From Cyanophora paradoxa CCMP329 (lineage: Eukaryota > Plantae > Glaucophyta), in contig QPMI01000496.1 of the NCBI GenBank assembly GCA_004431415.1, positions 62,001 to 126,000 of the forward strand: 64,000 bases of DNA. The letters are read 5' to 3'. Each line of letters begins with the position of its first letter. Position 1 is the stretch's first letter. Positions 45,148-56,649 of the stretch are shown in pieces. The notes under the pieces are model-generated. The model ran no database searches and was not told where the DNA came from. It worked only from the letters and a program-made list of their open reading frames with translations. The translations under genes were made by a program, and so were the position numbers.

Positions 45148-48100
45148 ATGCGCGCCGCGGTGACCTTTGCGACCTCGACGGTTACAAACCCGAGCGAGGC
45201 GGCAGCGCCCGTCCACCAGCTCGGCGCTCTGTGCGCGCCGATCTGTGCGCCCCAGCGGCGAGCTCGGCGCACCACCCTCGCGCGAAGAGAACCAGCCCAG
45301 CCCCGGCGCGTCCAGCGACCGGCAGTCAGCTTCGGATTTGACAAGAGCTCGAGCGCGCGGGCCGAGGGGGGCGCTGGCTATGTGCCATACCGCCAGGGCG
45401 CGCAGGAGAACTACTACGATCAGCAGCGCCCTCGAAGAATCCTGCCCGACACGCGCGGGCGGCCCGCGGCCGACGAGTACGCATCGAAGCCCGAGTTCCG
45501 TCTGATCGTTGAAGACTTCGCCGCCGCTGCCCGGGAGCGGGCGGAGCTTTCCGTGCTCCAGAAGCACGTTGAGAACGCAGTCTCGCAAGGCCACGACCGC
45601 GAGCGGCTCTGCGAGAAGGTGCAGCGGCCCGCCCGCCCGCGCGCCGCCGCGGCCCGCGGCGCTCACTGCGCCCGCCCGCACGCGCAGGCGCTGTTCATGC
45701 TGTGCCTCGGGCCGGAGGGGGGCGCGGACATCGAAGCCGCCGAGCGCCTCGTCTCGCTCCTCTCCAGCCTCGGCGTCCGCTTCCGGAGCCGCGGCGCGTG
45801 CGCCCGCCCCCCCGCTCCCTTCCTCCCCCGCCCCGCCCCGCTCCGCCAAACGCTGCGCGCAGGTACCCCCTCCTCGCGTACTACATCCAGAACGACGAGC
45901 GGGACAAGTGGCTGCGGGGTACGCGCTGGATCAATCGGGCTCTGCTTCCCTGCTCTGCCCCCGTCCTGACTCCTCCCCCCTTCCTGCAGTGCTCCAGAGG
46001 CACGTCAAGGAGCGACCGGACACCGAGATACCCCCCGACCGCTTCCTCACGCTCGTGTACGCCCCCTAACCCCCTCCGGCAAAAAATCCAAAGAATCCGA
46101 ACCGTACCCCCCAGCGCCAAGGGCTTCGCGATGGCGGGTATGCTGGAGGAGGCCCGAGTCGTCCTCGAGCCGTACCCCCAGCAGGTCTGAGCGGCCCGGC
46201 CTTTGCGTACTCCCCTCGGGATTTGAAAATGAACTAAAAGCGTGCCGCCTAGATCGTGTGGGCGCTCTTGTACGCCGTGACGGACCTCCTCCGGCCCCCC
46301 ACCGCCGCGCGGGAGCCGCAGCGCCTGGTACCCCCCTCCATGAATGAATTCTTCTTTGCCTCTGCGCTGAACAGTGCTGTACCCCTTCTTTTCTCCAGTC
46401 ACGTATCCGGGCCATCATTGAGAAGCTGGTTCGGATGGACGCGACCCGCGAGATAGGTACCCCCCACCTTCCTTCTTCTCCCCATCTGTCGCACCTTAGC
46501 GTCGCTCCGGTACTCAGTTGGGGACCTCGGAAGCGTCGTCATCGAGTGGTTCCAGGTGCCCCCCGCCCCCCGCCCGCCACCTACCCCCCCGTTCGCCCCT
46601 CCAACCCGCTTTCGGTGCAGCGGACGGGTACGACGATGCCCCTGGAGTCGTACGACCTACTCCACGATGTCCTCTGCGCCGCGCTGCCCAACATCGCCCC
46701 CGTCCTCACGGAAACCGCGGTACCCCGCCCCTCGTTCGCGAATCGGCGTTCCGGCCGGTCATGCGCGCGCCTCGCGCTCAGGTGAACCACGCGATGCTGC
46801 GGGGGAACGTGGCCGCCGGGGAATCGTTCGCCTCGCGGTTCGCCGAGTCGGCGCGGCGGGGCGCCCGGGGCGCGGGTGGGGCGGCGCGCGGGCCCCCGCA
46901 GGAGGCCGGGCCCTCCGGCCCCCGCGGCGAGCTCGGCGACGCTCAGGTGAGGCCTCCCCCTCGCCTCGCATGAGCTTCCCCCTCGAACCCGCCTTGCCTC
47001 GCGCAGGAGCGCCTGCGGATGCTGAACGTGCTCTCGCACCTCTCGCGGCTGCACTCGCGGCCGCTGGCAGAGGGCGCGCCGGCCCTCCCGGCGCCGGACC
47101 CCGCGCGGGGCCGGCGGCTCTTCCTCACCGTCGCCGAGGGCTGCCGCACCCAGGCCGAGCTCCGCATCGTCACAGGCGAGCGCGCCCCATCCGGGCTCGG
47201 CCCCGAGCACCGTCCGAGGCCTGATTTGACGCGACGCGGGGGCGGGCGGGCGGGGGCGCAGGGCTCCTGGGGGAGGTGCTGGGCCCGTCGGGGGCCTGCG
47301 ACGCGATGGCGCGGCGGGCGGCGCTGCGGGCGGCGCGCGTCCTCCGCCGCCGCGTCCTCTCCGGCGAGGCGCCCCTCGACCTGTGCGTAGGCCAGCGGGC
47401 CCGCCCGCCGCGCCGCTGACCCGGAACAGGGCGCCGTACCTCTCGCGCTGGTCCCGCGCCCTCGTCGCCTCCCCCGACGCCCACGTCCGCCGGGTCCGTA
47501 CCCCCCCGCCCCGCCCCGCCGTACCCCCGCCCCTCTCACCCCCCACGCCCCTGCAGGAGGCGCTGCAGGCGCACGAGCTGCTGCGGGACGCGCTCGCGCC
47601 GGACGCCCTCGAGCGCTCCGACGACTGGTGCCGCGTCATGCAGCTCTCCCTCTCGTCCGCACCCCGCGCCCTTGCTGTCCGCTCGCCCCTCCCTCGTTGA
47701 GAGCTCGGGGGCGGCAGGCCCGAGCACCTGGAGCGGGCGTGCGCGGACCCCTGGGCCGCCGCCCAGGTGCCCTGCCCCTCTCTGCCTTCTGTAGTCCAAG
47801 TCCATCCCGAGCCGACCCCGCGGCAGGAGTCGGCGCGGGAAGGGGCGCCCCTCACCCCGCGCGACTACTTCGCCACCTTCCGCACCCTCCTCAAGGCCTG
47901 CGTGGTGATGGGCCGCCCCGACTGCGCCGCCAAGGCACTCCCCCCCTCTCCCCTCTCCTCCCCCACCCCAGCCCCCGCCCACGCGGCCCCCAGGTGGTGG
48001 AGGCGATGGACCGGGCGCGGGAGCAGGGGCGCCCGGCCACCTTCGAGCCGGCCTTCGCCAACGCCTGGAAGGCGCGGCGCCCCCTCTGCTCTCCCCGTCC

Positions 48101-48833
48101 TTCTCTGAGGCGGGGCGGGGCCAGGCGCGGGTTGCGGCGCAGACGGGGGACCTCGAGTCGGCCCTCGTCCACCTCGAGGCCGCCGAGGACGGTGCGCGGT
48201 GGGGCGAGCGCCCGGGCCCCCGCGGGGGCTGAGGGCGGGGCGCAGCGTGGCAGGCGGCGCGGGAGATGGCGCGCCGCCCGGCCTCGCTCGCCGCCGAGCA
48301 CCCGGGCGCCCGCGCCCTCTGCGCCGCCTACGAGGTCCGTCCCGCCCCGCCCCCGAGGATGAGCGTGCCGAGGGGCCGGGCGGGGAATGTTCACCCTGCA
48401 CGCCCGCGGCAGGACATCATCCGGGTGCTGCTGGAGGGCGGGGCCCCGCAGCTCGACCACGCCCTCGCCTTCTTCGACCGCTCCCAGTCCTACGTCCGCC
48501 GCCCCCGCCCCCGCCCTCTTCCTCCGCCCCCGTTCACGCGGCGCGCGCAGGGGATCGCGCTGCGGGACGGGATGGTGCAGGCCGTCATGCTCGCCCTCCG
48601 CGACGCCGGCCGCAACGACGAGGTCTCTGACGCCTACCTCCCCGCCGCCCCCGGCGATCTAATCTAACTCCGCGCAGGCGCGGGTGTGGAAGCGGCGGCT
48701 CTCGGCGCTCAAGGACTCGCTCGCGGCGGCCCGCGGGGCGGCCCTGCAGTCCTCCGTCGGCCGCGGGGCCGGCTCCGGCGCCGGCGGCGGCCGCGGGCCC
48801 GCCCCGCTCGAGCTCCGCGAGCCCTACTCCTAG
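45148..48833 (+). CDS. Alpha-solenoid PPR-like protein, probably organelle (plastid) targeted
   Basis: Helical repeat motifs FATFRTLLKACVVMGRPDCAAK|VVEAM, AYE|DIIRVLLEGGAPQLDHALAFFDR and VQAVMLALRDAGRNDE|A. The N-terminus MRAAVTFATSTV is Ala/Thr/Arg-rich with an early Phe. Confidence 0.65.
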
Positions 48834-49027
48834 CTGCCAGGGGCCGGGCCGGCGTGTGCAGCTGTAGCTCTAGGCGAAGACATCGGCCACGTTGTGTTCA
48901 AGCTAGGCGTCTGAAAGGGAAGCAACTGCGTGTGTACAATACAGAATTCGCACGTACATGAAGAGGTCCTACCGCTAACAAACAGGAGACGCCGGGTCAA
49001 ATCCGAGTCGATGCGCACCGGCCGGCA

Positions 49028-50649
49028 TCAGACGGTGACGGTGGTGGCGGCGCGCGCCCCCGCGAGCTGCGGGCCGCCGGCCGGCCCCTTCTTCTTCGTG
49101 TAGCAGCAGACGCAGCAGACGAAGATCAGGCCCACCACCAGCATCTGCGTGGGAGCCCCGGGCTCGAACCCCGGCGGGCGCCGAATCGAGAGGGAATCCC
49201 GTGAACAGCCGAGCGCACCGAGCACCAGATGGCGCCGACGACGCCGACGAGGAGGCTCCAGGAGCGGATCGGCGCCACGATCCGCGAGTGGCAGTCGACC
49301 TTTTTTGGGGGCGAGGGGGTAAGGGGCGAGAAGCGGGCGGGTGGTACGGGGACTTTGGACCTTGGCCCAAGGGTCGGTGGCGGCGGGGCAGTTGACGGGG
49401 CACATGGTGTCCGGGAAGCCCATCGCGAAGCAGCTCTTGGAGCCGCCGGAGCACTGCAGGGCCTTGTATGCCTCGCAGATCGTCTGCGGCGGTACCCCCC
49501 GTTCGGTTCGGCTCTGGCGAAACGCGACCTGGCGGGGTTCGAACCTCGGGCTTTTTGGACATCGCGGTCTTGATGCCCGTGTCCAGCGCCTCCGGGAACT
49601 AGCGCAGGCCGGGGAGTCGGCGGGGAGGGAAAGGGGCCCCACGCGGATTCGAACCTCGGGCTTGTCGACGGCCCTGTTAAGGGAGAGGGAGAGCACAGTG
49701 ACGGCGAGGACGATGACGAGGGTCACGAACCTGTGGAGGCCGGCCCGCCCGGGTCAGCGGTGAGTGCACGGCGGGCCCGGGAAATGTGTATGGCGGGGAG
49801 GGGCGAACATGAGGCAGCCTGCGTCAAAGGAGAGAGAACGAAAGAATCAAACTCGGGCAGAGCGAAGCGGCGGGGCGGCGGCGGCGGCGGGTGCGAGAGC
49901 TGACCGAAGCAGCAGAGGAGGACCTTGTTGGCGTACTTAGCGGCGACGAAGCCGATGATGCCGGCGAGGAGCAGCAGCACGCCCGCGATCACGACGACGA
50001 TCGCTGCGCGCGGCATCAGCGGCAGCGGCGGCGGCGAGGTGGCGGGCCGCGGCGAGGCGGGAGGAAGCGAGGGGCAGGGGGCGGGGCGGTGCTCACGGAC
50101 GGCGGCGTTCGACGCGAGCTGCGCGATCGCTGAGGTCGCCCCCGAGGCGCCTGTGAAGAGCCTGCCCGCGCGTCAGCGCCGTGTGGGGCGGAGCGGCGCG
50201 GGAGGAAGTGACCATATGCCGCATGCGACGATCAGGATGCCCTGCGGGGCGGAAGTCGGCGGTCAGAAACAGTAGCAGAGCGCGGCTAGAGCGAGTCCGC
50301 CGTCGAGAGCTAGGAAGACTGCGGCGGCCGCTAGTTCGTGTCCAGGGCTACGACTGCAGGTGTGCCCGAGGCCGGCCGGAGACGCCGTTGGGCGACACGG
50401 CGTAGCTACGAACCCCGATGATATTGTTGAAGTTCTGCGCGGCGGCGGCGGACGGGGCGGGCGGTCAGCGTTGGGCGGGCGCCGTCAGCAGCGCGGATTG
50501 GGCTTGGCTCACCGCGATGAGAAGAATCTGCGCGGAGAAACAAACAGCGAGGCGAACCAGTCAGGCAGGCGGCCGCGAAGCGATCCGGTTGGGTCGAAGG
50601 AGGTGTGTACCAGGCGGGCTGTCCGCGGCAGACAGTTCTCGCACGCCAT
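49028..50649 (-). CDS. Tetraspanin-like 4-TM protein
   Basis: TM1 ...GILIVACGIW, TM2 IVVVIAGVLLLLAGIIGFVAAKYANKVLLCCF, TM3 FVTLVIVLAVTVLSLSL, a 6-Cys large extracellular loop, and TM4 followed by a Cys cluster FVCCVCCYTKKK. Confidence 0.85.
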
Positions 50650-50886
50650 GGCGATCGTACTGGCGCCCTGCGGCGTTCAACCGGGCCCCGCTGAACGAGC
50701 TCGGGTCTGATCAATGCAAGCTCCGACGCCTGTACCCGTGCAGGAAAGTCTGTCATAGTCTGAAGCGCTGACTTTGAAGCGCCTGAAGCGGCCGGGCGTT
50801 TGGTGGCGCTCTGGCAATTGTCCATCAGCGACAAGCACGACGGCAACGGACTGTCGGCCAGCAGCGATTCAAACTTGGCGAGCAGC

Positions 50887-52726
50887 ATGGCGCGAGAGCG
50901 CCCGGAGAAGCGGCCGAGGACGGATTCGGACGCGAGCAGCGGTGAGCTCGCGCCGCCCTGGAGCGCGTACCTTCTCCGCTCAGACGCGCCTCGCAGGATC
51001 GATATCCGGAGTCGCGTCTGCGTCGGCGGCGGCAGCCAGGCTCTCGGCCCTGGAGTGCCTGCCAGATGACATTCTCCTGCGGATCCTGTCGATGTCTGTG
51101 GGCTCAACGCGGGACGATGGCGAGTGGGAGATCGAGCCTCGCCTGCTCGCGCGGCTGGCGAGGGTCAGCCGCCGCTTCCGCCAGCTTGCGAAGGATCCCG
51201 GCGTGTGGGAGCGGGTGCTCCTTGATAGCCCCAACGACGCCACCGCGAAAGGCCTCGCGAAGCTGCCAGCGAAGACGCGGGCCGGCATCCGCAGCATTGC
51301 TCTCCGCGGCAGCAAGCTCGCGGACGACGGCTTCCACAGCTTGTTTCGCGCTTTTGGCGGCCAGCTAAAGGAGCTGCATGTCAGCTTCAACCAGATGGCG
51401 GAGATCCCATTCTCAGCCCTGCCGCTGCTTTATCACTTTAGCAGCCTCCGCTTCCTTTCGCTTCGGAGCACGAACGAGCGACTCAGAAACTCTGCTGGCG
51501 AGTTCGGTTCACCCACAGTGCAGAAATCACTCGCGCTGCTGGCCTCGTTGTCGCTCGAGGGGCTCGACGTCATGCAGTTTCCTGTCACTCCCAGCACGCT
51601 GCAGGCCTTCGCAGCGGGCCCGTCAAAAGGTGATCAGTCTCTAATTTCTTCTTATAAAAGACACTCACGTTCCGCTTTCACAGACACCCTCAAGTCCCTC
51701 AAAATCGGCGTGATGCCCGACGAGGAGCTCGAGGAGAGCTGTGCGGCGGCGCTCGCGGCAGTCGGCTCTCTGGCGCATCTGAGTACTTTGGCTATCCAGT
51801 TTTTTGACTCGGGTTGCTTGGTTCAAGATGCATATAACTTCATCGTCTCTGAAGATGACCTGAAGCCGCTCGCGTCGTTGACTTCCTTGAGAAGTGCGTA
51901 ATTATATAAGGCTCGAGCTCTCTGCCTCTTACCGTTACTCGAGACAATTTGCGAACTGAGTCGTCCGGACCGCCCAGAGCTGCGTATCACGAACTCCATG
52001 GCATCCCTGGAATGCATCCGACCTCTTGCGTCCCTTGAGGAGGTCGATGTGGCGACCTGGGGTGATCGTTATCCTCCTCTTGGTCTTGACGAACAAATGC
52101 TCGACTACACGCCGCTGCTGGCGTCGGCGGGTTCCTTGCAGCGCCTGCGACTGGGAATATATTTTTTTGCTGGGCGTGGCAATCCATCCATTGCCAACAC
52201 CATCTCACGGCTCACGAATCTGAAGGTAACGGCCACTTGCCCGTCCTTGTCGCGCTCAGCGAGCTGATGTGTACATGTTCACAGGAGCTTCGACTCATCT
52301 GTGATAGTGCTGTGCTGGAACAACACTTCGACGAACCCCTCAAGGGGCTATCGCAGCTTTGTGACCTCGCACTCGAAGCTGAACCGGACAGTTCTTGTAC
52401 CATGGCTCCAGGCGCCCTTTTCGGGGTACGTTCTCTAGATCTGTCACTCATTTTCCTGCGAGCCTGATCAGATCCGCATCCTGCAGCGCCTGGCATCGGA
52501 TGTGCCAAGCCTTCAGAGGCTTCAGATTGTCGACTTCATGTTGCCATTTCCTGATGCCATGGATTGCATCGTCTCGCTGTGCCGCCTCCCGCAGCTGGAG
52601 CTCTCTCAGGGGGCCGCGTCGTACCTGGACGCCGAGGCCCGCCGCTTCCTCCGAGCGGCACTCCCCCTCACGCAGATCACGTACGACGGCAAGCCTGATG
52701 CCTTGAACGACTTCGACTCTGACTGA
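50887..52726 (+). CDS. F-box/LRR-repeat protein
   Basis: F-box LECLPDDILLRILSM...LARLARVSRRFRQLAKDPGVW. LRRs include QLKELHV, SSLRFLSL, AHLSTLAI, TSLR and PSLQRLQI. NLS-like N-terminus ERPEKRPR. Confidence 0.9.
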
Positions 52727-52940
52727 TCGTCCGTATCTATTTATGTCGAACTTGGATCCCTTGCATTCCCCCCTTGTTGGACCCTTGCTCCCGCGGCCGT
52801 TCTTTTCTCCCTTCCCCTTTTCAAGAACTGTGCTTGAAAGGATCCGGAGTCGGGGTAAATTGCAAGATGAAAAAAACTTCATCTTATTCTTAACGGCTAC
52901 AGCGAGGGTTACAGCGGGACCGGGGCCAAGCGTTTAGCGC

Positions 52941-55900
52941 TCAGGCAAGGGCGGCGAGGAGGGCGCGGGCGTGGGAGAGCTGGCAGTCGGAGGGGCACGG
53001 GGCCGCCTCGCTGTACCCCGCCTCGCCCTCCCCCGGCGGCCCCGCGGGGCCGACGGCGCCCGGCCGCGGCGGCGGCGGCGAGCGCCGGACGAACAGGCAG
53101 ACGAACGAGCGCGAGTAGCGCGTCGGGTCGCCCGCCTCGAGAACGTTCACCGCCAGCGGCGTCTGCGCCCCGCGTCGCTACGGGCGCCAGCGGGCGGGCG
53201 GGCGGGCGGGGGCGGCGGGGATAGGCGGGTGGGGCGCGCACGACGGAGTACCAGCAGGGGAGGAGGGGGTTGCCGGCGAGGGTGCTGCCGGCGAGGCCGA
53301 AGAGGCGGACGGAGAAGGAGGAGCGGAGGACGCGGGAGATGGACTCGGGGATGGTGCCGGCCTTGGAGGGCCGCCGCTGCGGCCGCGCCGCCGTCCAGCT
53401 CGCCCGCCGCCGCAGCGCCCGCAGCACCACCCCGACCTGCCGCCCGTCGGCCCCGTCGGCCCCGCCCCGCCCGCACCGCCTGCCCGGCCCGGGCCCCGCA
53501 CCTGCACGCGGACGGCCTCGGGGCCCTCGTGCCCGGGCCGCCGGCCTCGGGGGGTACGGGTGCCCCACCGGCCCCCCGGGCCCGCGAAGACGATGGTGGG
53601 CCCGGCACGGCGAGCCCGGGAGGGGGCGCCAGCGGGTGCGGGGGGTAGGCGGCCCGGCGGCGGCCGAGGGCCCCAGCGAGAGGTGCTGGACGAGGGCCGA
53701 GGGGAGCCGCCGGGCGGTGCGGTCGCGCCGCCCCGGGGCCCGCCGGGCGCCGGGGCCGGCGGCACGTCCGGCCACAGGGCCGTCAGCACCGACCCGTCCG
53801 CCGAGGCCGCCAGCGCGCAGTGCTCCGCCCGCGCCCTCCGCAGGGGGTACGCCAGCGCGTCGGCGTCGGCGCAGTCGCTCCCGGGGCCGGGGCGGGCGGG
53901 CCGCGGGGCGCGCGAGGGGCCGGCCCCGCCGTCGCCGGCCTCGGCCTCCTCGTCGTCCTCGTCCTCGATCGGGCCCACCTCGAAGAGCTCCTGGCGGGGC
54001 GTCAGCGCGGCCCCGCCGGCCCCGCGCCCCGAGCCGCGTACCCCGTCGTCGTACTCGCCGTCCGAGGGGGCCAGCCCCTCGAGCAGCTCCAACTCCGAGG
54101 GCGGCGCGCCATCCCCCGCCGCCTCCGCCGCCGCCGCCGCAGCGGCCGCGGCCGCGGCGGCGGGGCCGTAGCGGCGGCGGAGGCGGCGGCGGTCGGACTC
54201 GGCCGGGGCGCCGCGCACGCGGTCGCGGCGGCGGTCGCCGTCGGGGGGCGGCGAGGCGGCCGGCGACCCCGGCGGCGAGCCCGGCGGGGCGGGGCCCGGC
54301 GCGGAGGAGGAGGAGGCGGCGGGCTCTGCGGAGGACGCTGCGCCGCCGCCGGGGGCCGACGAGGAGGACGGCGGCGGGGGGGACGGGCCCCGCGCCTCGC
54401 TCCCCGAGGGACCCGAGGGGCCCGAGGGGGGCGAGGGGGGTGAGGGGGGCGACGCCGAGGGCGGCAGGGCGGGGGGCGCGGCCGGCCGGGGTACGATGCA
54501 GGCCTGGAACACGAGCGAGGGCTCCCCCTCCACGACCTCTCTGCGCCCCCCGAGAGTCAGCGGGGGTACACGAAACGGCAGCGGGGTGCGTGGGCACCCG
54601 AAGACGTTCGAGAGGCGGGCGAGGACGTCGAAGACGCGCACGTACCCGTCCGTGCAGAGGAGGCCGACCCTGGGGGTACCGTCAGCGCCGGCTCCACGAC
54701 TGTGGCGGGGGGTACGCGGCGCGCCTGCGGTTGCTGCTGTCGGCGAAGCAGAGGGCGCGGACGGCGGAGGCGGCGGGGATGGGGGGCCGGCAGAGCAGGA
54801 ACTTGATGTCCCGGGGGCCCGTGCCCCCCCGCCCCGTGCGCGGCTCCCGCTCGGCGCCGCCGCGGGCCCGCGCGAGGCCGCGGAGGCCCGTGGCGAAGAG
54901 GAGGCGCTGGCGGGCGCCCTCCCCGGGCGGCCCCAGTCCCCGTCCGCCGCCGCCCGGTCCGCCGCCGCCCCCGCCGGCCCCGCCGCTCCCGCCGCCTCCG
55001 CCGCCGGCGCCGGCGCCTCCTCGGGGGCGCCGCCACGCCCAGCGCCTCGGCCGCCGCCTGCAGCGCCGCCGCCGCCGCCGCGGCCGCCGCGGTGCGGGCG
55101 CGGCGCGGGGGTCGGGGCGGGCGGGGCGGCGGGGCCGACGTGGGCGCCGACCATCGCCACCGCGTCCCCGCACTGCGAAAGGCACATGCAGAGCTGCGCC
55201 CGCGCCCGCTCGGCCCGGGCGCGGCTCGGGCGGCGCGGGGCGGGGCGGGGCGGCGCACGTCGAACGTGGAGACGCGGCTGAGGACGGGGAGCGGGTTGCT
55301 GTGCCCGACCTCGGCCCGCGGGAGGGCCTCGCGGGCCCCGGCGCGCGCGGCGCGGCGGGGGCCGACGGGTCGAGGAGGGCGACGGTCAGCCAGCGCGGGG
55401 CGGCCGCCGAGGCGAGCTCGCAGGGGCACGTCCCCCGCTTCCCCGGCGCCTGCGGCCGCGGCAGCAGGCCCAGCATCTGCGGCGCGCGGTCGGCCGGGCG
55501 CGGACGAGGGGCGGCGTCGGGGGCGGGGCGGGGCGGGGGCACCCCGGTGGGCGGGAGGGAGCCGACGCCCGTATTGACGGCGTGCTCGCCCTCGTCCGCG
55601 GGGCCCTTGCGCCGCTCGCACAGGAACACCACGCAGCTCCCGCACGGCGTCGCCGCCGTCGACAGCACGCTGCCGGCGAGGCGCGGCCCGCCGCGTCAGC
55701 GCTCCTGCCCCCCGCGGGGTCGCCTGGCCGCGCGCACCATGTGTCGTGCAGCTCGCAGCCGGCGTCGAGTCGCAGCGGGAAGAAGTGGCCGGTGGGGCTC
55801 CGCGGGTCGGGCGCGAAGAGCGCCGCGGACGGCGACGAGAACTGCGACGCGAGGCCGTCGACGACGGCGCGCGCGTCGTCGCCCGCGAGGCCCCTGCGGC

Positions 55901-56493
55901 GGCGGCGCGTGAGCGGCCGCGGGACGCGTCCTGCGCCTCGCTCAGCGCACGAGGTCTCCTCGATCTCCGCGAGCGTCGCCTGGGCGAGCCACCAGGGCCG
56001 CTCGACGCGCTGGCCCCGCGCAGCGGCTCGGTGCGGAAACGCCGGCATGAGGCGGAGCGCAGTCGACTGCCGCTCGCGGTAGGCCTCAATAAACGCGTTC
56101 CTCAGCCGCCGGCACGTCAGTCCCAGCGCCCGGCAGTCCTCGTAGGACTGCAGGAAGGAGAAGACGAGCTCCCATGTGTCTTGCGGCAGGCTCGCCCAGT
56201 CCGCTGGCAGGGCGTCAGGCCACATCGGGCGATCGAATGGCTTCTAAGGCGCCGCTGGTGGGGCGTGACGCACCGGAGAAGTACGGGTCCTCGAACTGGA
56301 GCGTGAAGCGGCCCGGAACGCCGGACGGGACAAGCAGGGCGCGTGTGGGGGGGATGCGGAACCCAGACTTCTCCAGCTGCCTCCCCGCCGATGATGGATC
56401 GCCTGGCAGCTCCACAGGCCAGCTCGGGTCGAGCTCTGAACTTTCGTCTGGATCCTGGCCAGCAATATCGTGATCTCCGCTACTTCCAGACAT
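52941..56493 (-). CDS. F-box protein with probable beta-propeller (WD40-like) region and long low-complexity inserts
   Basis: Exon 1 MSGSSGD...DPYFS splices to ADWASLPQDTWELVFSFLQSYEDCRALGLTCRRLR (F-box). Propeller-like strings: AVRALCFAD, VGLLCTDGYVRVFDV and CALAASADGSVLTAL. Confidence 0.75.
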
Positions 56494-56649
56494 GTTCACC
56501 TATGCTCTGATGTGCGCCGAGGTGGTCGCGGGACTCGAGAACTCGGGGCAGAACCCGCTCGGGGGGTACAGTGCTCGAAGTAAGCCTAAGTGGGGCGCCG
56601 GCCTGGATCTGGGGAGGCATCAGCAGCGGCCTCGTATTGGCTGGCCTCA

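Noticed and set aside
53270-55912. 880-aa plus-strand ORF and other long Arg/Pro/Gly/Ala-rich ORFs
   Set aside because: These are antisense or off-frame shadows of spliced genes in very GC-rich DNA where stop codons are rare. They show no domain motifs.
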